DNA of 58,876 nucleotides from an uncultured Alphaproteobacteria bacterium (GTDB lineage Bacteria; Pseudomonadota; Alphaproteobacteria; RF32; CAG-239): NCBI GenBank assembly GCA_934271195.1, contig CAKQRB010000070.1, positions 1 to 58,876 of the forward strand, read 5' to 3'. Shown piece by piece: positions 52,054 to 58,876 of this stretch (position 1 is its first letter; each line of letters starts with the position of its first letter). The notes under the pieces were generated by a model. It saw only the letters and a program-made list of their open reading frames with translations, ran no database searches and was not told where the DNA came from. The position numbers and the translations under genes were made by a program.

Positions 52054-53870
52054 TTTTTATCCTCTGTAGCTTTGTCCCACCAGGTCAGAAACTGCAGACC
52101 TATCGGCTCTTTGGCTGATTTGTGCGCAAACTTGTTCCAATAGGCAATGCGCTGATACGGCGAGTACCAATGCGGTATCAGATAATATTCGTGACGGAGC
52201 ACCCGATCCAGCGCATTGACCGCCGCAATGTAGTCGCTTTTGTTCTGGGCTTTAACCACTTCTTCAATCAGAGCATCTACTGCAGGATTTTGTACGCCGA
52301 TAATATTAAAACTGCCGTTTATGCCGGCCGAACCCGAACCCCAGATTTCTTTCAGCTCATTGCCGGGAGAAGAACTGCCGGGGTAAGAAATAATTGCTAC
52401 GTCGTAGTCAAACTTATCCAGACGATTTTTGAAAATGTTGGTTTCTATATTACGAAAAACCGCTTTGATTCCGATTTTTTGCAGATTGTGCAGAAACGGC
52501 AGCATCACACGGGTAAAGGCCGAGCCGTTGGCCGTGTTGCTCAGGATTTCAAACTCCAGCGGGCGGCCGGTTTGAAGATTTGTCATTTTGCCGTCAACAA
52601 AGTCATAGCCGGCTTCTTTGAGCAAAGCAACAGCTTCTCGTAAGTTCTGTCGCACCTGCGTGTAGCTGCCATACGCCGGATTTTTGGGCAGAGCGCCAAA
52701 TACCTCCGGCGGCAATAACTTTTTGTATTTTTGCAAGAGCCGAAGCTCCCTGCCCTGCGGCCTATCCGACGCTTCCAACCCGCTGTTGGGAAAAAAGCCT
52801 TCAATCCGGCGGTACTGGTTATAAAAAAGTTTTTCGTTAGCCCAATCAAAATCAAAAGCCAGCGCAACTGCCCGTCGGACTTTTTTGTCCTGAAAAAGCG
52901 GGCGACGGAGATTGAAGGCAAAGCTCTGAAGATTGGCCGCCTTATTATGCGCCATATCTTCTTTTATGATTTTTCCGGATTTTATCAGATCATTATCATA
53001 ACCGGTTACCCAGATTTTGGCAATGTATTCTTCTCGCAGGTCAATATTGCCGGCAAACAAGGCCTGCAGCGTGACAGTGGTATCCTGATAATAGTCATAG
53101 CGGATTTCGTCAAAGTTAAAAAATCCGGAGCGACTTGGAATATTTTGCGCCCAATAGTCCTTATTTCTTTTCAAAACCGTATATTTACCGAAAGAAAAGC
53201 TGTCTACCCGATACGGACCGCTGCCGAGCGGCGGCGTAGTGACCGGCGCGGAAAAGTCTTTGCCCTGCCAGTCTTTTTGAGAAAAAACCGCAATCTGGGT
53301 CAAAATCAGCGGCAGTTCTTTGTTTTGCGATCCGGTGCGGAAATGAAAACGCACATGACGGTCACTGACTTTTTCCACGCGCGCAACATCTCCATAATAA
53401 ACCTTATATATCGGCGAACCTTTTTCAATCAAAGCATTAAAACTGAAAATGACGTCATCGGCAAGAATCGGGCTACCGTCATGAAACTTTGCCCGCTTAT
53501 CCAGAATAAAGCCGATAAAGCTGTTATCATCGGAGATCTCAAACTTTTCAGCTATCAAAGGATAGGCCGTAGAGATATCGTCTGCCGGCGAAAAGCCCAA
53601 GGTATCCAAAGTTAAAGCCGCCGTTTCAGGAGATGCTATGCCCTTAAAGATATAGGGATTGAAGTTGTCAAAGCTGCCATACGCCGGAAGCACAATCCGG
53701 CCGCCTTTCGGCGCCTTAGGATCAGCATAATCAAAACTTGCGAACCCCGATATGTATTTCGGCTCGTCATACAGTGAAAAATAAGGCAAAACTCTGGTTT
53801 TAGCTGCAGCGGACGGAGCAAAAGCAACTATACACAAGAGCAGAAAGAATTTATTTATAATTTTCTTCAT
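52050..53870 (-). CDS. yejA: ABC importer periplasmic substrate-binding protein (family 5, YejA-like)
   Basis: Signal peptide ...FAPSAAA-K. Its size (606 aa), a 4-nt overlap with yejB, and typical SBP-5 segments ([28 protein letters not shown]). Confidence 0.8.
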
Positions 53871-55227
53871 CTACCCAGCCCCGGAAAGGTGAACTGAAAG
53901 TATCTTCTCCGGCGGCAGACGCTTTTAACGATGGTTCCGTCCGATGCGGCTCTTCTGTACGAACCGCGGAATAGCTCATTTGCTCCCACTCGCGGCGGAG
54001 GCTTTCCAGCGTGCGCTGCGTATTGCTCAGAATCGGGATAACATCGTCCTCCACCACAACTTTTTCCTCTGCATGTTCCTGAGCAAAAACAGCGGGCGTT
54101 TCCGGCTGCGGCGCCGAAATTTCAAAAGACGGTTCTGCTGGCGGAGTTTCCTGCGCATCATCGCCGAAGCTGCGTTCCAGAGCCATGGAGAACGGATCGC
54201 GACCGTTTTCTTCCGGACGGCGATAATCTATATATTCTTCATCCTCACGATTTTTCTTCTTGCCAAAAAGCGTAAGTTTTTTTCCAAGCGAGAATTTGCC
54301 GGACAAAATCGGACGGTGCGGTTCTTCTTTTTCTTCATCTTCCGGCGCGGCAGATTCTGTCATCACCTCCGGCACAGCCGGCGCGGCAAACACCTGACGT
54401 TCCGGCCTGATATTGTCTTTAGATACGGAAGCACGGAAAGTTTCCGCAACGGGGGCGGCTTGCTCTGGAGGCATTTGCTCAAAACGGTTTTCGCCCAGAG
54501 CGGCGTAAACCTGTGAAGCTTCTCGCTTGCGCTTGAGTTCATCGGAGACCGGCGCAAAAATTGAGAAGACTTTTCCTAAAACGCCGGTTTCGATAATATT
54601 CAAAAAAATCTTCTCGTTATCGTGTTTTTCAAACAATTCAACAATATTTTGGTAACGGGCACAGAATTCCATTATGGTTCCGGCAAGCACCATATCATGT
54701 CCTGCTTTTTCAAACATGCGCATCTGAAAAGTCGGCTGGCTTTGGTTGACTTCGATGATCACTTTGCCGAAAGACCACTTTCCGCCGTTTCTGACCTTGC
54801 TCCACAGGCGGTCGATTTGCTCCGGCGAAGCCAAGGAACTGCGTTGGATTATTTCAGAAATCAGTTCATTCATATCCGAAACAAACAAGTCAAACTGCTG
54901 GACGATAAAACCGTCGCGAATTTGCTGCTCGCTTTCCAGCATGATACGGGCGATCAAATCCGAGTAGTCCTGATTTTTTTTCATCTGTATAAAAAGCTTG
55001 TTCAGATTGCGGTTGAAGCGGTAGTCATGTAAAAACTGGTTGATGATTGCAAAGATAATCCATATGGCAAATACCGGAAGGAGGACATAAGCGGCATAAA
55101 TCGAAACATCTGCTATTCCGGCGAATCGGAATCCGGCAGCGCCAACGGTTTCCATCACGTGCATGACGGCATAAATAATCCAGAGCAAAGAAGAAAATAT
55201 TAAGATGAAAAATGACAATGCCAGCAA
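53851..55227 (-). CDS. Membrane protein of unknown function: two or three N-terminal TM helices, a helical cytoplasmic region and an acidic disordered tail
   Basis: TTG start with AAGGGGA SD. The ORF overlaps the yejA start by 20 nt. No recognisable motif. Confidence 0.55.
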   Translation of the reverse strand: MLALSFFILIFSSLLWIIYAVMHVMETVGAAGFRFAGIADVSIYAAYVLLPVFAIWIIFAIINQFLHDYRFNRNLNKLFIQMKKNQDYSDLIARIMLESEQQIRDGFIVQQFDLFVSDMNELISEIIQRSSLASPEQIDRLWSKVRNGGKWSFGKVIIEVNQSQPTFQMRMFEKAGHDMVLAGTIMEFCARYQNIVELFEKHDNEKIFLNIIETGVLGKVFSIFAPVSDELKRKREASQVYAALGENRFEQMPPEQAAPVAETFRASVSKDNIRPERQVFAAPAVPEVMTESAAPEDEEKEEPHRPILSGKFSLGKKLTLFGKKKNREDEEYIDYRRPEENGRDPFSMALERSFGDDAQETPPAEPSFEISAPQPETPAVFAQEHAEEKVVVEDDVIPILSNTQRTLESLRREWEQMSYSAVRTEEPHRTEPSLKASAAGEDTFSSPFRGWVDEENYK

Positions 55228-55392
55228 GTCTAATCCCCTTGTGTTGTAATAAACTGGTTTTATACTATTACAAATTGGCTAGATTTCAACGAAAAAGTAT
55301 GCAATATTTACACAATAAAGCAAAATAAGAGTCGAAATATAAAAAAAATTGTGTTATCAAATCATCAGTTTGAAACAATCAAAGAGAATAGA

Positions 55393-56367
55393 ATGAATAC
55401 AGAAAATACTCTGGTTTTAGATTTTGAAAAAAACATTGTCGAGATTGAAGACAAAATGGAAGCACTCCGCCATCTGGCCGAAGGCGAAGACGTGGATATT
55501 GCTCCCGAAATTTCCCGATTGCAACAGAAATTGGAGAAACAGATGAAAGCTTCCTACGCTAACCTGACACCGTGGCAGAAACTTCAGGTTTCAAGACATC
55601 CGCAAAGACCGCATTGCCTTGATTATATTCATGCACTGATAGAAGATTTTACACCGCTCTGCGGCGACCGCGCGTTCGCCGATGACGAGGCAATGATCGG
55701 GGGAATCGGCCGTTTTAAAGGGATTTCCGTTGTTGTACTCGGTCAGGAAAAAGGGCATGATCTGGAAAGCCGCGTCAAATATAACTTCGGCATGGCCAAG
55801 CCGGAAGGATACCGCAAAGCGCAACGCTTGATGGATTTGGCAAACAAGTTTAATATGCCGGTTTTGACTTTTGTCGACACCGACGGCGCTTTTCCGGGCG
55901 TGGAAGCCGAAGCGCGCGGCCAAGCACAAGCTATTGCCGCTTCAATTGAAAAATGTTTGCAGATCAAAGTTCCGCTGGTTTCCATCGTTATCGGTATGGG
56001 CGGTTCCGGCGGCGCGATTGCGATTGCGGCGGCCAATCGCGTTTTAATGCTTGAACATTCCATTTATTCCGTTATTTCACCGGAAGGCTGCGCTTCTATT
56101 TTGTGGCGATCAGCAGATAAGGTTAAAGAAGCGACCGAAGCCCTCAAACTTACAGCACAGGATTTGAAAAAACTTGGCGTTATTGACGAGATTATTCCTG
56201 AACCGACCGGCGGCGCCCACCGTGACCCGCAGCTGACGATTGAGCGGGTCGGAGACGCTTTGCTGAAACATCTTAAGGAATTGATGCCACTCAGCGGAGA
56301 AGACCTTAAACGCTTGCGTACAGAAAAATTTTTGAAAATGGGTCGCAATACCGATTATAAAAAATAG
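55393..56367 (+). CDS. accA: Acetyl-CoA carboxylase carboxyltransferase alpha subunit
   Basis: [21 protein letters not shown] parallels the E. coli AccA N-terminus. Also RHPQRP, GGIGRF.G..V.V.GQEKG, FGM..PEGYRKA.RLM..A.KF..P..TF.DT.GA.PG..AE.RGQ..AIA and GGSGGA. ATG 55393 is preferred over the listed GTG 55351. Confidence 0.93.
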   Translation: MNTENTLVLDFEKNIVEIEDKMEALRHLAEGEDVDIAPEISRLQQKLEKQMKASYANLTPWQKLQVSRHPQRPHCLDYIHALIEDFTPLCGDRAFADDEAMIGGIGRFKGISVVVLGQEKGHDLESRVKYNFGMAKPEGYRKAQRLMDLANKFNMPVLTFVDTDGAFPGVEAEARGQAQAIAASIEKCLQIKVPLVSIVIGMGGSGGAIAIAAANRVLMLEHSIYSVISPEGCASILWRSADKVKEATEALKLTAQDLKKLGVIDEIIPEPTGGAHRDPQLTIERVGDALLKHLKELMPLSGEDLKRLRTEKFLKMGRNTDYKK

Positions 56368-56378
56368 GAAAGGGCAAT

Positions 56379-57515
56379 ATGGTTATAGATTTGCAACTTA
56401 TTCTGGCTATTGCTGCCGGAATTTTGGTTATCATCAATCTTTTGGTATTATTTTTGCGTAAAGATGATAAAAAACTGCAATCCATGACCGATGCCTTTTA
56501 TCGCGGACAGGCCGAATTGGCCGGAAGACTTTCCCAGATGGCCGAAACGAATCAGCAGCAACAGAACAAGATTTCGGAAGCGATTGCCGAGCAACGTTTG
56601 TCCGTTTTAAAGATGATGGACGAGAAGCTTTTGCAAGTGACCAAAAACGTTGGCGAAGGCTTGCAGAAAACAACCGTTCAGACCAACCAAACCCTTACGG
56701 ATTTGCGGGAAAGGCTGACAAAGATTGACGTGGCGCAACAAAAAATTTCGGCACTTTCCGAACAGGTTGTTTCTTTACAGGAGGTCCTTTCAAACAAACA
56801 GGCACGCGGTGCCTTTGGCGAAATTCAGCTTAATGATCTGGTCACATCAATTTTGCCGCCGTCAGCTTATGCTTTTCAAGTTGTTCTGAGCAACCAGAAA
56901 AGAGCCGATTGTGTTTTAAATTTGCCGAATCCGCCGGGGACCATTGTGATAGATTCAAAATTTCCGCTGGAAAGTTATCACGCTTTGCGAACGGCTGCAA
57001 ACGACAGAGAAAAACTGGAAGCTGAGCGTTTTTTTAAAGCCTCGGTCATGAAACATATTAAAGACATTTCTGAAAAATATATTCTTCCCGGAGAAACGGC
57101 GGAATCTGCATTGATGTTTTTGCCGAGCGAAGCGATTTATGCTGAACTGCACGCCAATTTTCCGGAGGTGGTCGAAACCTCTTATCGCGCCAAAGTATGG
57201 ATTGTATCCCCCACGACCTTAATGGCGACTCTTAACACGGTTCGGGCAATTTTGAAAGATGCCAAAATGCGAGAGATGGCCGGCGTTATTCAAAAAGAAG
57301 TAGGAACACTGACTGAAGATATTGGTCGACTGGACGGGAGAATCGAGAGTTTGAGCCGGCATTTTAAACAGGCTAACGAAGATATTGACGGGATTAAAGT
57401 TTCATCCGGCAAGATTGCAAAAAGGATTCAGCGGATTGAGGACATTCAACTCGGCGAAGAGCGCAAAGAGCTTGCGGATAAAGACATGCCGGCGGCTATA
57501 TCTCATATTGCCTGA
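56379..57515 (+). CDS. rmuC: DNA recombination protein RmuC
   Basis: N-terminal TM helix, long coiled coil, then the RmuC nuclease-like core (RGAFGEIQLNDLV, ADCVLNLPNPPGTIVIDSKFPLESY, MFLPSEAIYAE, VWIVSPTTLMATLN). Confidence 0.9.
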   Translation: MVIDLQLILAIAAGILVIINLLVLFLRKDDKKLQSMTDAFYRGQAELAGRLSQMAETNQQQQNKISEAIAEQRLSVLKMMDEKLLQVTKNVGEGLQKTTVQTNQTLTDLRERLTKIDVAQQKISALSEQVVSLQEVLSNKQARGAFGEIQLNDLVTSILPPSAYAFQVVLSNQKRADCVLNLPNPPGTIVIDSKFPLESYHALRTAANDREKLEAERFFKASVMKHIKDISEKYILPGETAESALMFLPSEAIYAELHANFPEVVETSYRAKVWIVSPTTLMATLNTVRAILKDAKMREMAGVIQKEVGTLTEDIGRLDGRIESLSRHFKQANEDIDGIKVSSGKIAKRIQRIEDIQLGEERKELADKDMPAAISHIA

Positions 57516-57741
57516 CCTGTGCGGGCGGCGCGTATTCAGCGGATTCCTTTTTCTCCCTTTTTCCTTTCACTTATCTCCTTAGCCGTGTCTTTTCACTCTC
57601 TTTCTTTCATTCCCTTTTGCCGTCATTTTTCTTTTTTTTATTTTCTGGTTTTGGTTTCTTCATAGAATTGTTTTTTCTTTCCGCTACTTTTGTCATGTTA
57701 CAAAAGGCCGGAGGCTGGCAGCCGCAAAAGCAAAAAAGCCG

Positions 57742-58557
57742 TTATTTTTGAGGATTGCTCAGATATTGAATGTCAAAAGTGATTGTTTCCGGCTGTTTTT
57801 CTGTTGCGGAGCTACCGGAAATCTCTGAAATTCCGATATTACTATAGGCAACGACATTAATAACCGGCGCATTGAACAGTGTAAAAAATCCGTGCAGGTT
57901 GCTCAAAATAATCCGGTTTTTTATCTCCAACGAGGTTTTATGCAAAAACTCCTTAAAATACGGCGACCAAGCCGGCGTGCCAAAGTTGCCGTATATAACC
58001 AAAGGTTCGTCACGGAGCGACACAAACTCGGCCAGATTATCAAAAATGCCTTTTTGTTCGGAAATCTTCATTCCGGAAAAGTCAACCCGAACCAGAGTTA
58101 ATTTGGAATTTTCCGAGCGGTATGCCATATAACTGGCTGAATAGCGCGGGCTGAGTTTGACCTTGCCATAGCTTTCTGCCTGCATATCAGGAATTTTCGT
58201 TAATATGTCGGCGGCAGTCTGCTTTTGCTGCTCAGAATAATTAAGAAGAAAAGTTTTATCCGCGGCATCAACTTTGGTATTAATGAAAATATTGGATGCG
58301 GAAGATATATAAGCATAACCAAACAGCAGCAAAACCAACGACAGAATCGCAAAAAGAACTTTGCGGCAATAAAGCGCAAAAAACAGGATAAAAATGTTAA
58401 ATAGATAAAGCTGAAAGAAATAATTTTTGATAAAAAAAGATAAATTTCCGATACTGTCAAAAGAGTTTAATACTGCAATTATTCCCAAGATTATCAAGGA
58501 AACAGCAATAAACATATTTTCACGGCGGCGTTTTTTCTTTTGACTAAAATATCCCAT
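57742..58557 (-). CDS. Polytopic membrane protein with a degenerate endonuclease/exonuclease/phosphatase-like C-terminal region
   Basis: Three N-terminal TM helices. PLVIYGNFGTPAWSP resembles the GDFN..pWS motif of EEP-family membrane proteins, but the catalytic residues are replaced. Confidence 0.45.
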   Translation of the reverse strand: MGYFSQKKKRRRENMFIAVSLIILGIIAVLNSFDSIGNLSFFIKNYFFQLYLFNIFILFFALYCRKVLFAILSLVLLLFGYAYISSASNIFINTKVDAADKTFLLNYSEQQKQTAADILTKIPDMQAESYGKVKLSPRYSASYMAYRSENSKLTLVRVDFSGMKISEQKGIFDNLAEFVSLRDEPLVIYGNFGTPAWSPYFKEFLHKTSLEIKNRIILSNLHGFFTLFNAPVINVVAYSNIGISEISGSSATEKQPETITFDIQYLSNPQK

Positions 58558-58657
58558 TTTAACTTATTTTGTTGTTTTTTTGTCGTTATTAATATAAGGT
58601 GTTATGTGTCAGATAGTAATAGCTAAAATTTATTTTGTAAATGGTGTAAAATAAAAA

Positions 58658-58876
58658 ATGCTAAAACAGATAATAAATACATTTTCTTTAGACAATGTAA
58701 CCCATTTTATCTCTCTTAAATTAAACAGCTTTGAAGATTTGCTGAACCAGTATTTTTCCCACAGCGCAAACATAAAATTACTATCTGTCGTCATGATAGC
58801 CATCGGCGGAATTTTATTTTTATTCTGGTTGGCAATTGTTATCGCGAAGTATCTCGGACTAGCTGCTAATGAGGCT
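58658..58876 (+). CDS. 5' part of an ORF running off the right edge (73 codons, one TM helix)
   Basis: From ATG 58658 the frame stays open to the last base: MLKQIINTFSLDNVTHF...LLSVVMIAIGGILFLFWLAIVIAKYLGLAANEA. It is not in the ORF track because it has no stop in the window. Confidence 0.4.
   Translation, partial: MLKQIINTFSLDNVTHFISLKLNSFEDLLNQYFSHSANIKLLSVVMIAIGGILFLFWLAIVIAKYLGLAANEA

Noticed and set aside
1-58876. Search for tRNA, rRNA, CRISPR arrays, integrase/transposase genes, relaxase and VirD4
   Set aside because: No intergenic stretch shows tRNA-like T-arm/acceptor symmetry. There are no regularly spaced direct repeats with unique spacers. No ORF carries recombinase, DDE, relaxase or VirD4 Walker/TM signatures. 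Absence applies to this window only.

Overview
This is a 58.9-kb window from a diderm bacterium; the taxon cannot be assigned from the sequence alone. About 50 kb, from the left edge to ~50.9 kb, is an accessory block built from two envelope machines. (1) A highly derived VirB/Trb-type type IV secretion system (T4SS). Most of it is one long minus-strand operon, 37391->11755, in this order: three virB2-like pilin paralogs, an internal terminator, virB3, virB4, four secreted VirB5/TrbJ-like coiled-coil paralogs, a 1399-aa Cys-rich secreted giant, virB8-virB7-virB8, virB9 with a SPOR-like tail, an extra 1037-aa repeat protein, a 1542-aa virB10, virB11 and a terminator. Plus-strand genes at the left end belong with it: the tail of a membrane protein, an M23-peptidase::VirB6-like fusion, a double-HTH/S24-like repressor, a 1139-aa acidic repeat protein, and a 3-gene module with a short secretin-like lipoprotein. 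(2) A divergently transcribed R64/ICE-style type IVb pilus cluster, 37723->49947. It holds a PilL/TcpQ-like lipoprotein, a PilN-type lipoprotein secretin, PilO-like and PilP-like proteins, a GspE-family ATPase, a GspF-family platform protein and three pilin paralogs, with a convergent PilT/DotB(TraJ)-family ATPase. The right flank is housekeeping: yejA-yejB only, a membrane protein, accA, rmuC, another membrane protein and a partial ORF. I recognised no rRNA, tRNA, CRISPR, integrase, transposase, relaxase or VirD4 coupling protein. Three observations stand out. A G10 tract splits a pilin paralog from an otherwise open 359-codon repeat-bearing frame. Dozens of 17-residue DGxxIGxVxxxGxVxDx repeats fill VirB10 and the extra gene wedged between virB9 and virB10. 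Peptidoglycan-directed domains (M23, SPOR) are grafted onto core T4SS parts.
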